Source: an uncultured Verrucomicrobiae bacterium (GTDB lineage: Bacteria; Verrucomicrobiota; Verrucomicrobiia; Chthoniobacterales; JAFAMB01). Taken from it: a DNA stretch of 64,000 nt. The notes beneath the pieces are model-generated. The model did no database searches and had not been told where the DNA came from. It saw only the letters and a program-made list of their open reading frames with translations. A program made the translations under genes and the position numbers. Each line of letters starts with the position of its first letter. Position 1 is the stretch's first letter. Positions 1 to 9,935 of this stretch are shown here, one piece after another. Location of the stretch: contig CAVVPV010000007.1 of NCBI GenBank assembly GCA_963750185.1, forward strand, positions 24,310 to 88,309. The letters are read 5' to 3'.

Positions 1-211
1 CTGATTTTGGATTCTTGTTGGTTAGATGGTCATAGACACGAAAGCTGTCATCCATGGTGCTTAGGAAGAATGGAAGCCCACAAATGCTGAAATTGGGAAA
101 CGCGTCGGCAAGAACCACGGCGATGCGTGCGGATGCGTCAAGCTCATGTGCTCGAAGGGCAGCGCTGATTCCAGCGTCACTGCCGCCGATTATAAGGATA
201 TATAAAGGCAT
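1..211 (-). CDS. N-terminal part of an FAD-dependent CoA-disulfide/NADH oxidoreductase-like protein (runs off the window, possibly truncated)
   Basis: Manual translation from ATG 211: MPLYILIIGGSDAGISAALRAHELD...FPNFSICGLPFFLS, with a dinucleotide-binding GGxxAG motif and the SxCGLP redox-Cys motif. Confidence 0.65.
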   Translation of the reverse strand, partial: MPLYILIIGGSDAGISAALRAHELDASARIAVVLADAFPNFSICGLPFFLSTMDDSFRVYDHLTNKNPKS

Positions 212-282
212 TGGGCTTCTCTTGCATTTCGCTCTCCGGACCAACTTTTTCAGTTGCAATCTGGCCGCGCGGCAGAGCCATC

Positions 283-1338
283 TCAGTGGATCTTGCTGAA
301 AGCGGCCTGCTCTTTAGCAAGTACTTCCGCGGGTAGCGGGAAATATAGGAGCTCTTCAGTCAGCTTTTGGCCATCCGTCGACATCCATTGCAGGAAATCT
401 TTCATGACCCTTAACTTATTTTTGTCATCGAATTTTTCCGGGACAAGAAGCCACGTGAAGCTGGAGATCGGATAAGCGTTTTCTCCCGGTGCGTTGGTAA
501 TGGAGACCCGGAAATCATCCGGCATGTTGCGGGCAACCTCAGCGGCGGCCGCCTCTACCGATTCGAAGTCTGCCTTTACGAAGTTCCCAGCCTGATTTTT
601 CACCCAGCCATAGGCCAACTTGTTTTTGATTGCGTAGGCAAGCTCAACGTACCCAATCGAATAGGGGGTCTGTTTGACGATAGCAGCAACACCTCCGTTC
701 CCCCGCCCGGCGACGCCTACGGGCCATGGCACAGTCGCCCCAAATCCGATGTCGCTGTTCCATTCTTCACTGACCTTCGCCAGATAATCGGTCCAGATAT
801 AGGTCGTACCACTTCCGTCGGAGCGGAACGCAACGACGATTTCGTGATTTGGGAGCTTGGCTTCAGGATTAGTCTTTGTCAGCTGCGGGTCATCCCAATT
901 CGTTATTTTTCCAATAAAGATCCCAGCAAGGCTCTCCGGCGTGAATTTGAGCTCCGCAGTCACTCCAGGAATGTTGTAGATCGGTACATCTGCTCCCACT
1001 ACCGTCGGAAAGTGCAGGATCGCCATTCCTCGCTTTGCGCGGTATTCTTTGAGCTCAGCGTCATCCATCGGTGCGTCACTCGCTCCGAAATCGAAAACGC
1101 CCGCTGTAATTTCTCGGATACCGGCTCCGGAACCAATAGCCTGATATTCAATCTCGATATCTGGATGAAGCTTTTGATATTCAGCGATCCATCTCGCATA
1201 AATCGGATGCGGAAACGTGGCCCCCCCACCCATCAGCAACGTTTGCCCCTGGGCTGTGGATCGGGCTAAACCAGTCAGCAGAAGTGCTGAAACAACCGCG
1301 ATAAACCATCTTGAAAGGCCTGGGAATGAGAGCGGCAT
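283..1338 (-). CDS. pstS: Phosphate ABC transporter substrate-binding protein
   Basis: Signal peptide; GGATFPHP, GSGAGI, DFGASD, RSDGSGTT and YPISSFTW motifs. Confidence 0.95.
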   Translation of the reverse strand: MPLSFPGLSRWFIAVVSALLLTGLARSTAQGQTLLMGGGATFPHPIYARWIAEYQKLHPDIEIEYQAIGSGAGIREITAGVFDFGASDAPMDDAELKEYRAKRGMAILHFPTVVGADVPIYNIPGVTAELKFTPESLAGIFIGKITNWDDPQLTKTNPEAKLPNHEIVVAFRSDGSGTTYIWTDYLAKVSEEWNSDIGFGATVPWPVGVAGRGNGGVAAIVKQTPYSIGYVELAYAIKNKLAYGWVKNQAGNFVKADFESVEAAAAEVARNMPDDFRVSITNAPGENAYPISSFTWLLVPEKFDDKNKLRVMKDFLQWMSTDGQKLTEELLYFPLPAEVLAKEQAAFSKIH

Positions 1339-1457
1339 TGTCGATCGGTATCCTGGGAAACGCCTCCGGCGTTACGACCCTGCCGGCCAGCGCAAAAGCA
1401 CTTGACCCGCGGATATTGTTCTATTATTGCAGAAGTATAGAGAAATTGCAACGCGTA

Positions 1458-1805
1458 ATGCTTAAAAAACAGAACCTCGAACAGATCACCCGCTACGCCG
1501 ACATGTTTTCGGCCATGGGCACAGAGTCACGGCTTCGGATCATGCAGCTTCTTCTTTCAGCGCATCCTGATGGCCTAGTTGTTGGTGAAATCGGTAATGA
1601 ACTCGAAATTCCCAGTTCCACGCTTTCGCACCATCTTGAAAAACTAAAAAACGAGGATCTGGTGAAGGTGCGACGTGAGGGGACCTTTCTCTGGTATTCG
1701 GCCAACACCGAAGTGCTCCAAGAGTTGCTTGGCTTTTTGTACGCGGAATGTTGCACACGCAACAAGGCTATTGAGCCGCGCAAGATTGTTTCCATCTGCA
1801 CCTAA
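1458..1805 (+). CDS. arsR: ArsR/SmtB-family transcriptional repressor with C-terminal vicinal Cys pair
   Basis: RLRIMQLL...STLSHHL HTH, FLYAECC; directly upstream of arsM; ATG at 1458. Confidence 0.9.
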   Translation: MLKKQNLEQITRYADMFSAMGTESRLRIMQLLLSAHPDGLVVGEIGNELEIPSSTLSHHLEKLKNEDLVKVRREGTFLWYSANTEVLQELLGFLYAECCTRNKAIEPRKIVSICT

Positions 1806-1820
1806 CGAAAGGATTAACAA

Positions 1821-2669
1821 ATGAGCACAGCAGATGTTAAGGAAGTTGTCCGTGAGAAGTACGGCCAGGCTGCCATGCGCGTAAAATCAGGCGATGGCAG
1901 CCCGTGCTGCTGCGCCGACACTTCGGCAGGCTCGTATGATCCTATAACCTCAAACCTCTACGATCCAGCGCAGGAAGGCGAAGTGCCCGAGACGGCCATC
2001 AAAGCCTCTCTTGGGTGTGGCAACCCCACTGCCCTTGCCGAATTGAAACCCGGCGAAATCGTACTCGACCTCGGGTCAGGAGGCGGCGTTGATGTGCTGC
2101 TTTCTGCTCGCCGGGTCGGACCAAGAGGGAAAGCGTACGGTCTCGACATGACCGATGAGATGCTGTCGCTCGCAGAAGAAAATAAGCGCAAAAGCGGCCT
2201 TACAAATGTCGAGTTCCTGAAGGGAGAGATTGAAAATATCCCACTTCCAGATAATTCGGTGGACGTCATCATCTCGAACTGCGTCATTAACCTTTCTGGC
2301 GACAAGGATCGCGTCCTCAAAGAAGCTTTTCGGGTGCTCAGACCGGGCGGTCGCTTTGCGGTATCCGATGTCGTTGTCCGGGGTAATGTACCTGCCGAAA
2401 TCAAGAAAAACATGGAGCTTTGGGTGGGCTGCGTTGCCGGCGCCTTGAGCGATTACGAATACGTAGCGAAACTTGCCAAGGCTGGCTTTGACAATATCGA
2501 TATCGAGCCCACACGGGTTTACAGCGTCGAAGACGCGCGGGCGTTCCTATCGCGTCGGGGCCTCGACGTCGATGCGCTAGCCAAAGAGGTGGGAGACAAG
2601 TTTATTAGCGCTTTCGTTCGAGCGAACAAGCCCGCAACGCGTTGCTGCGCGCCCGGTTGCTGCTCCTGA
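1821..2669 (+). CDS. arsM: Arsenite S-adenosylmethionine methyltransferase
   Basis: SLGCGNP, LDLGSGGG SAM motif, ISNCVINL, WVGCVAGA, Cys pairs at both termini. Confidence 0.93.
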   Translation: MSTADVKEVVREKYGQAAMRVKSGDGSPCCCADTSAGSYDPITSNLYDPAQEGEVPETAIKASLGCGNPTALAELKPGEIVLDLGSGGGVDVLLSARRVGPRGKAYGLDMTDEMLSLAEENKRKSGLTNVEFLKGEIENIPLPDNSVDVIISNCVINLSGDKDRVLKEAFRVLRPGGRFAVSDVVVRGNVPAEIKKNMELWVGCVAGALSDYEYVAKLAKAGFDNIDIEPTRVYSVEDARAFLSRRGLDVDALAKEVGDKFISAFVRANKPATRCCAPGCCS

Positions 2670-2684
2670 AATTGTCTTCTTTTT

Positions 2685-2843
2685 ATGGCTCTTTCACGCC
2701 GCATAGTCGCAGAAGCTCTAGGAACCGCATTTCTTCTTGCGGCCGTTGTTGGCTCTGGGATCATGGGAGAGAAGTTGGCGGGCGGCAATACCGCCATAGC
2801 TCTGCTAGCCACAGGGAGTAACATCACTAAACAAAACCGATGA
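2685..2843 (+). pseudogene. Truncated MIP/aquaporin-family (ars-operon type) channel, 52 aa
   Basis: Manual translation MALSRRIVAEALGTAFLLAAVVGSGIMGEKLAGGNTAIALLA matches the first helix of ars-associated MIPs; ends before any NPA motif. Confidence 0.8.
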
Positions 2844-3262
2844 AACGTGTACTATTCGCATGTAAACGGAATTCTTGCCGCTCCCAAATGGCCGAGGGCT
2901 TTGCCCGAACCCTAGGAGCTGGATTTATCGAAGTGAAGAGCGCCGGCTTGGAGGCCAGCAATGTCAATTCGACCGCAGTCGATGTAATGCGGGAAGCTGG
3001 AATTGATATTTCAGGTCAGACTTCGAAGCCTCTAGATGATTTTCAACCCGAAAACTTTGATATCGTGATTTCTCTTTGTGGCTGCGGAGTCAATCTCCCG
3101 AACGCGTGGACATCAAGAGAGCTATTCGAGGACTGGTTTATTGACGATCCTGACGGTCTGCCGATTGAGAGTTTTCGAGCGGCCCGTGACGGGATAAAGC
3201 GGCGAGTTCTGGAACTGCTCGATTCCATAAAGGTTAAAAGCGAAACGGCAACGGCCCGCTAG
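2840..3262 (+). CDS. arsC: Arsenate reductase, LMW-PTP fold, cyanobacterial-like glutaredoxin-coupled type
   Basis: CKRNSCRSQMAEG P-loop, SLCGCG, DWFIDDP. Confidence 0.9.
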   Translation: MKRVLFACKRNSCRSQMAEGFARTLGAGFIEVKSAGLEASNVNSTAVDVMREAGIDISGQTSKPLDDFQPENFDIVISLCGCGVNLPNAWTSRELFEDWFIDDPDGLPIESFRAARDGIKRRVLELLDSIKVKSETATAR

Positions 3263-3311
3263 TTTATATTGATTCGGACCGGGCGCCACGTGGAGTTGGT
3301 CTAACGCGTAC

Positions 3312-3566
3312 ACCACATCGGCCCGAAAACCTCCGTTAAGGACCGACAAAGTCGCGGCTCTCTGGAGGATTGCTGCGCCAGTGCATCCGATCCGAGGATC
3401 AAACTGCGCAGAATCTGGTTACTGCGAACTCCTTCGTCCCCGAAAAGGCCTTACGAGCAACACCGAAGGAGGTCAACGGGCCGAAACGGCGTGGTCAAAA
3501 CGGCAAAAGCGCAATCTCTGCCTCAAAACGCGCCGATCTTAACGGAGGTTTTCGGGCCGATGTGGT
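3312..3566. mobile_element. MITE-like element with 29-bp perfect terminal inverted repeats
   Basis: accacatcggcccgaaaacctccgttaag (3312-3340) is the exact reverse complement of 3538-3566; no transposase inside. Confidence 0.6.
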
Positions 3567-3772
3567 TAGCACGCGTTCTCGCTCTGCATTGGGGGACACT
3601 TCACCGAACCGTAAGAACAAAAGACGCAGCAATCGCCTGGCTTGGGGCGCAGCTGCGCCTGGCATCTAGTGCATTCGTAGAAGAATTGACAGGCGTCAGT
3701 TGGCATCGTTTCGCGCTTGGCGAAGCCGCAAACCGGGCATACCAACACGGATTCCAGAAGAACGCCGCTCAT
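3566..3772 (-). CDS. GDCCVxC domain-containing small Cys-rich protein
   Basis: CPVCG...MPTDACQFFYECTRC...PKPGDCCVFCSYGSVKCPP. Confidence 0.92.
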   Translation of the reverse strand: MSGVLLESVLVCPVCGFAKRETMPTDACQFFYECTRCQAQLRPKPGDCCVFCSYGSVKCPPMQSENAC

Positions 3773-3801
3773 ACACGATTCAAGGTTGTTGAAGATTTTT
3801 C

Positions 3802-4302
3802 CTATTTTTGTACTTCGAAGGAGTCTCCTGTCTGATGATCCTGAATCTGGAAACGGAGAAAGCTGTGGATAGCAGTAAGCGCCTCGGAATCGTGAGTGGT
3901 TATCCGCAATTGCGCACCGCGCTCGGTGTTCTCGGCCTCATAGGTGATCTTGGTTTTCAATCGCTTGATGGTCTCTACGCCTGGCGGCACCGTGGCATGG
4001 ATGAACATCGGAATGGCAAAATCGCCTTGGGAGAACTTTACTGCGATCATCGCCAAATGTTGGCGGATAGCGTCCTGGCTAGCCGTATCGGTGGGCTCGT
4101 TGCTTTGTATCTCGATAGCGCCGCCGTCAGCGAGGAGATGGAAATGGTGGGTTGTCTTCTCGTGGCTAAAACCCATACCCTGATCGCCACGGGCATTTAC
4201 GCCCTCAAAATGGTCTTCCGGGTCTGGAGAAGCTTGCTGAGCAATTGTGTTCAAACACCAGGCGCCAAAAGCATACAGGAAAAAAAGGTGAAAAAACTTC
4301 AT
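3802..4302 (-). CDS. Conserved hypothetical exported His-rich protein
   Basis: Signal peptide; MGFSHEKTTHHF...IHSFLRFQIQDH; co-oriented with the GDCCVxC gene. Confidence 0.7.
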   Translation of the reverse strand: MKFFHLFFLYAFGAWCLNTIAQQASPDPEDHFEGVNARGDQGMGFSHEKTTHHFHLLADGGAIEIQSNEPTDTASQDAIRQHLAMIAVKFSQGDFAIPMFIHATVPPGVETIKRLKTKITYEAENTERGAQLRITTHDSEALTAIHSFLRFQIQDHQTGDSFEVQK

Positions 4303-4316
4303 GGGATACAAAAATT

Positions 4317-4335
4317 TAGTTGTAGTTTACAACTA
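4317..4335. promoter_or_regulatory. Palindromic operator, likely for the adjacent MarR
   Basis: TAGTTGTA-gtt-TACAACTA perfect inverted repeat in the very short divergent intergenic gap. Confidence 0.7.
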
Positions 4336-4340
4336 TAGTC

Positions 4341-4778
4341 ATGCGGACTGGATACGAAGTCAATACCAACGAATTGCTAGAGTCCGTTGTAGCCTTTGTC
4401 CGGTCATTCGGATTGCACAAACCTGATCAAACGCCTTGTGGCAAACCGGTCGCTGTGGCTGAGGCCCATGCCCTGATGGACTTGACGGCTTTTGGATCTA
4501 TGCGCCAGGGAGAATTAGCCGCCCGACTACAACTAGAAAAGAGCACCGTCAGCCGCTTAGTCCGACAAATGGAAGCGCACGGCTGGATTCAGCGCAATTC
4601 TGATCGCCATGATGGCCGGGCAGTTTTGATTCGGCTAACCAGACAGGGGCGAGAAACAGCTACTGAACTTGCCCGGGCGCGGCAAGAGAAGTTCGCTCGA
4701 ATTCTCGCTGCGATTCCTGAGGATAAACGATCAATGGTCGTCGAGGTCATCTCGATTCTGGAAAGAGCTTGTTCATAG
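4341..4778 (+). CDS. MarR-family regulator
   Basis: TPCGKPV, LAARLQLEKSTVSRLV, DGRAVLIRLT winged HTH. Confidence 0.9.
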   Translation: MRTGYEVNTNELLESVVAFVRSFGLHKPDQTPCGKPVAVAEAHALMDLTAFGSMRQGELAARLQLEKSTVSRLVRQMEAHGWIQRNSDRHDGRAVLIRLTRQGRETATELARARQEKFARILAAIPEDKRSMVVEVISILERACS

Positions 4779-5154
4779 GTCGCGGCTAAGCATTGCGTTC
4801 GACGTGGTCGACAACTTCTGCGCGAAGTTTACATTCTTACGAAGCGAGCAGCACTACCGGCTAAGCCCTCATGAGCTCGACTGGGCTCGTAACGGGCTAA
4901 AGCGTCATTAGTTGGGCTCGGCAGTGTTTTTGTACTCTTTTATTTGAACGGTCGGATAGACCAGTATCTTAACCAACCTTCAGGCCGTTAGTCTTGATCG
5001 CGGGTGCAGTGGCTGTTATTGCTGGGCTGATATATCTGCTAACTACTCACTCTGGCCAGTGTTGCGTCGACGGAGATTGTATTCACTGCCATATTAATAA
5101 CCAGCATGGAGTCTGGCTTACTGGCTGGAAGCGGCCTCCGGCGGAGATACAAAC

Positions 5155-5623
5155 GCTCAAGTGTAACCATCAGGGTCAGCAATGAAAGCTTCGGTACCAA
5201 AATCATATTTTCTTGGCTCCTGGACAATCCGGTACCCGGCCTTGCGGGCCTTTTCGCCATAGCCGCAGCGTCACTGACCTCGAAATGAGGGTACATCCCG
5301 AACCCCGGTTGTTCCCCACCCGTACGCGGCTTTTCCCAATCCCAGTGGCTGTTTCGGAGAAACACCCCCACGTTGCCGGATTCCAGCGTTACGAACCAGT
5401 CGCTCTGGGATTTGAGGCGAAGACCAACGAAATCACGGTAGAATGCGATAGAAGCAGTGAGGTCCGAAACCTCCAGCAGGATGTGGTCGATTTTCGGCGG
5501 AGAGGAAACCTCGGATTTCGGCTCCTGCCCAAAAACAGTGACGGGCGCAAGAGGGGTTAAAATCGCATAACCGGCTAGACAAAGGATGGAACAGCGGATG
5601 AAGTGGATGGGATTATAACGCAT
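5155..5623 (-). pseudogene. Exported VOC/glyoxalase-family protein, frameshifted
   Basis: IDHILLEVSDL...SIAFY; C-terminal GYRIVQEPRKYDFGTEAFIADPDGYT lies in another frame (shift near 5250) and ends in TGA where Trp is expected. Confidence 0.7.
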
Positions 5624-5828
5624 ATGAATCGCTCAGATTGGGCCGATCAAGGCTTTAATTAAATGAGCCACGATCGGACATTTTGTTCGTGTCCAAGATG
5701 TCTCGAATTTAACCGAATTTCCTCGCTTACTTGACTCCCTGATTCTTAGGGGACTCTTGTGGGTTGAGGGCCAGCGATCTCGAGATTTCCGCATGACCGA
5801 CAGCTGAAAGCGAGTACGCTTTAGCTTT

Positions 5829-6249
5829 ATGCGTAAAGCGATTTCTCAGCAGGTGAGCGTAGGTGAACAGCCGCGACAGTCTGATTTGGAAGAGTTAAAG
5901 AAGGAGGGAGTGACGACTGTCGTTAATCTCCGCACGGTTGGGGAAGACACCCCGCTGACACCGGCGGAAGAGCGCGCACTCGCAGAGAAATTGGGTCTTC
6001 AATGCCACCACCTTCCGATCTCTTTAGACAAACTCGATGCAGCTCAGGTAAAAGAGCTACGGTTGAAAGATTCGCCTGAAATGCCAAGGTCCGGTTATCG
6101 TTCATTACGGATTGGGCACAAGCGCGTGCTCGATTTGGCTTGCTGCCTCAGGTGTGGACGCGGATTCGATTTTTGAACGAGCAAGTGCACTAGGTTTTCT
6201 GGTCCAGGATGAGAAGCTAAGAGCTTTTTTAAAAAGCCTCAAAGAATAG
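5829..6249 (+). pseudogene. DUF442/sulfur-transferase (PTP-like) protein, frameshifted
   Basis: VGEQP...GVTTVVNLRT...AEKLGL; continuation GPVIVHY...ASALGF in another frame; the usual catalytic HC reads HY. Confidence 0.6.
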
Positions 6250-6283
6250 ATTTTTTCCGCGTAATGCGAGAGGATCCCGAGCC

Positions 6284-6679
6284 TCATTCAATCAGCTCGT
6301 GAAAAAGCTCGCGGAGTTTCCGTTTGGCTGCATTAAGCACTTTCTTTCCTTCTTTGGTGGCAGAATACTCGCGCCAAGCGCGGCGCCCCTCTCGTTTCAC
6401 TTCAACGGAGAGATAGCCTTTCTTTTGCAGACTATGCAGTAGTGGATAAATCGTGCCCGGGCTCATTTCATAGTCATGACGTCTAAGCTCTTCGATCATC
6501 CAGAAGCCCACCAATGGCTCTCGTGCTGCGTGGTGGAGAATGTGCAACCGGATAAAGCCGCTAACAAACTCGCGGTGATCAGGCTCTTTGCTGGGTTTTC
6601 TGTGTAGGGCTTTCCGATTCATTCGGGCAATTCGCAATTCATCATCTTGGCTGACAACCGAGCGCCGCATCAAGTGCAA
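6284..6679 (-). CDS. PadR-family regulator (true start may be downstream, near 6622)
   Basis: FIRLHILHHA...IEELRRHDYEMSPGTIYPLLH...YSATKEG. Confidence 0.88.
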   Translation of the reverse strand: MHLMRRSVVSQDDELRIARMNRKALHRKPSKEPDHREFVSGFIRLHILHHAAREPLVGFWMIEELRRHDYEMSPGTIYPLLHSLQKKGYLSVEVKREGRRAWREYSATKEGKKVLNAAKRKLRELFHELIE

Positions 6680-6820
6680 TCGGATCTCCGAATATCGATT
6701 TTCGTTATTGACAAGCGTTAGCTAACAAATTTAGTCAAAAATATCAGGCTGGAGCGTGTCCTTCGATGCTGGCGCGATTCGTCGGCTTGCTTACGTTGTT
6801 CCCGAATGGGTTTACAAACT

Positions 6821-8331
6821 ATGAGAGAGAGCGAAGACAATAGCATGACGCGCCGGCAGTTCTTGCTGGCAAGTGCTGTGGCAGGAGGCAGTGTCATTTT
6901 ACCGGTCTCAGCGACGGCACAGAACTCGACGCAGATGCCCATGCCGGCAACAAGCCCAACGCCACCGGTTCAAACCGGACCAGCGAACGTGACCTTGCGA
7001 ATCGCCACGGGTCTTCTCGAGCTCGCGCCCGACCACATCGTCTCGACGACGCTCTATAATGGCCAGTTCCCCGGGCCGCTGTTGCGCTTCAAAGAAGGGG
7101 AGCCGGTCACGGTCGACGTGTTCAACGACACGGATACGCCGGAGCTCGTGCACTGGCACGGCCAGATCATCCCAACCGACGTCGACGGCGCAGCCGAAGA
7201 AGGCACGCCCTATGTGCCGGCGCACGGCATGCGGCGCCTCACCCTTACGCCGAAGCCGGCCGGCTTTCGCTTCTACCACACACATGTCGTGGCCGAGGGC
7301 GACCTCAATCGCGGCACGTACACGGGGCAGGTCGGGGCCGGTTTACATCGAGCCGAAGAACGATCCCGGGCGCCTACGACCGCGAAGTCTTCCTCACGCT
7401 GAAGGAATTCGAGCCGACCTTCAGCCAGGGCGGCGATATGGCGATGGATTTTCTCGCTGGAGCGCCGATACCCGAGCTGCAGCAGATCGGAAGGAAGTCC
7501 GATGATCGAGGCGGAGGAAAAGACCAAGGGCTACGAGGTAGGCTACGACCTCTTCACGCATCAACGGCAAGATGCTGGGCCAGGGCGAGCCGCATCAAGC
7601 GTCAAGCAGGGTGAGCGCGTTCTCTTTCACGTACTTAACGCCAGCGCGACCGAAATCCGCAGCCTGGCCCTGCCCGGCCATACGCTTCCATGTGATCGCG
7701 CTCGACGGCAACCCCGTGCCCAATCCGGCGGATGTGCCGGTCTTATGGATCGGCACTGCCGAGCGCATCTCGGCGATCGTCGAGATGAACCATCCGGGCG
7801 TTTGGTCATGGGCGATCTCGCCGATGACGATCGCCGCCACGGCATGGGCATCGTCGTCGAATACGGCGGGCGCAGCGGCAAGCCATAATGGGTAAAGCCC
7901 AAGCCGTAGAGTGGGATAAACGCATGTTCGGCAAACCGGGAGCGATTGCCGCACCGCCAGACGAGATAATCGAAACGCTCATCGTCAAGCACAATGGGGC
8001 ACTGCATGGGTTTAACGAGTGGACTCTCAACGGCCAGGCTTTCTCAATGGAGACTATGACCCCGAACCTCACCGTGCACGAGGGCAAGCGCTACCGGTTC
8101 AAATTTCGCAATGCGAGCGACGATGTGCATCCGTTGCATCTGCACCGCCACAGCTTCGAGCTGGTGCGCGTCGGCGGCAAACCGACCGGTGGGGTCATTA
8201 AGGACGTCGTGATGCTTGGCGGGTTTCAGGAGGTCGAGTTCGATTTCGTCGCCGACAACCCGGGTCTGACGCTCTTCCACTGCCACCAGCGCTGCATGAC
8301 GTCGGCCATGCAACTGATTGAGTATGTTTGA
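6821..8331 (+). pseudogene. Tat-exported multicopper oxidase, split by several frameshifts
   Basis: TRRQFL Tat motif; HWHG, FYHTH, HPLHLHRH and LFHCH copper motifs spread over ORFs 6806, 7059, 7502, 7572 and 7888. Confidence 0.85.
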
Positions 8332-8599
8332 GGCACTTCGCATGGGTTGCGGTTTGCCGGTCTGTGCCCTGGTTGCCGCGTCGGTCCGCAAGAAAATTGG
8401 ATGAGCCGCTATTCCGGCTAGCTGCAATGATTTCTTTAGTGCTTTATCTGATGCTAACGTTGGCGGCGGCTCTGCGGGAGCGCCTCGACAGATCTCGCCG
8501 AAGTCCACGCCCTATCGGGGATCACAGCCCAACATGGACATAGCTCGTTCTACAAACCGGAGCGTAACGGTAGTCGAGCCGCGCGAGGAAATTACCTCG

Positions 8600-9757
8600 A
8601 AATCTGCTTATCGTTCTTAGATTGGCTAAGTCTTTCGGCGGTCCGATCGCCCATCTGGCGCATTTCGGCAGGAATTTGTCGAACGCTGCAAGTGGCTTTC
8701 TGAGCAAACCTTTGCCGATCTCGTGGCGCTCTGCAATTTCCTGCCCGGACCAACCAGCAGTCAGGTTTCCTACTCAATCGGCATGACCCGCGGCGGAATC
8801 CCTGGCGCCCTTTGCGCTTGGGGCGCGTTTACGCTCCCCTCAGCGATTATCATGCTGTTAGCCGCCTACGGCATTCACTGGATGACCGGGGAACAGGGAG
8901 CCGGCTGGCTGCATGGCTTGAAAGTGGTTGCCGTTGCCGTAGTCGCTCAAGCAGTCTGGTCGATGGCGACAAAACTCTGCACGGATCGCACTCGGATCTC
9001 TTTCGCCTTTGTTGCTGCGGTGATCATCCTTTTGACAAACAACTCCTGGGTCCAGGTGCTTGCGATCGCTCTTGGTGCGCTGGCCGGCTGGAAACTGATC
9101 CGCGCAGAGGCCCCTGGAGAAAGATCTGAAATGTTCACTCGGCTTCCCAATCGGGTCCAAACGGTTGGTTCGATGGCGGTTTTTGCCTTTTGCCTGCTAA
9201 TCGTGCCTCTTCTCGCCGGTGGCAAACAGGATGGATGGCTGCCGCTGTTCGACAGTTTCTATCGCACCGGATCGCTTGTTTTCGGCGGCGGCCATGTTGT
9301 TCTCCCCCTTTTACAGGCTGAAGTTGTACCGAAAGGCTGGGTGGACAACAACACCTTCCTGGCCGGATACGGCATCGCTCAAGCGTTGCCGGGTCCACTG
9401 TTTTCTTTTGCGGCCTATCTCGGGGCCGTTAAGAGCGGTTCTCCCACCGGCTGGTTGGCAGGTCTATGGTGTGTTTTCGCGATTCTGTTGCCACCCATGC
9501 TCCTAGTCACAGGACTGCTCCCGCTCTGGAATCGACTCCGGGCTTCCGCCGTGGCTCAGTCATTCCTTGCCGGGGTCAATGCGACGGTCGTTGGAATTTT
9601 GTTGGCAGCGCTTTATCAGCCTATTTGGACAAGCGCTATCGATTCAGCGAAGAGCCTGGCGCTCGCCCTCATCCTGTTTGCCGGTTTGCAGATCTGGAAG
9701 ATAGCGCCATGGATCCTCGTCTTGGTTGGCGCCGTAATGGGGGGAATATTTTTATGA
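8600..9757 (+). CDS. chrA: Chromate efflux transporter, N-terminus frameshifted
   Basis: SFGGPIAHL upstream out of frame; LCNFLPGPTSSQ, LVFGGGHVVLPLL, AQALPGPLFSFAAY. Confidence 0.88.
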
Positions 9758-9803
9758 CGACCCGGGCAAACCAGAAAATGCATCCAAGTCAATGTACCAA
9801 TCT

Positions 9804-9935
9804 ATGAAAAAGACGCTTTTCACCTTGCTTAATACCGGTGCCCCGGCGGCAACGCTTGTGGTGCGGCTCCTTGCCGGATTGGTTTTCTTTGCTGAAGGGA
9901 TAAAGAAATTCATTTTTCCGCCGAGTAGCTTGTGA
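9804..9935 (+). pseudogene. Truncated DoxX-family membrane protein, 43 aa
   Basis: Manual translation APAATLVVRLLAGLVFFAEGIKKFIFP then stop. Confidence 0.6.

Noticed and set aside
3566..3772. Selenoprotein form of the GDCCVxC protein
   Set aside because: All positions are Cys codons; no in-frame TGA
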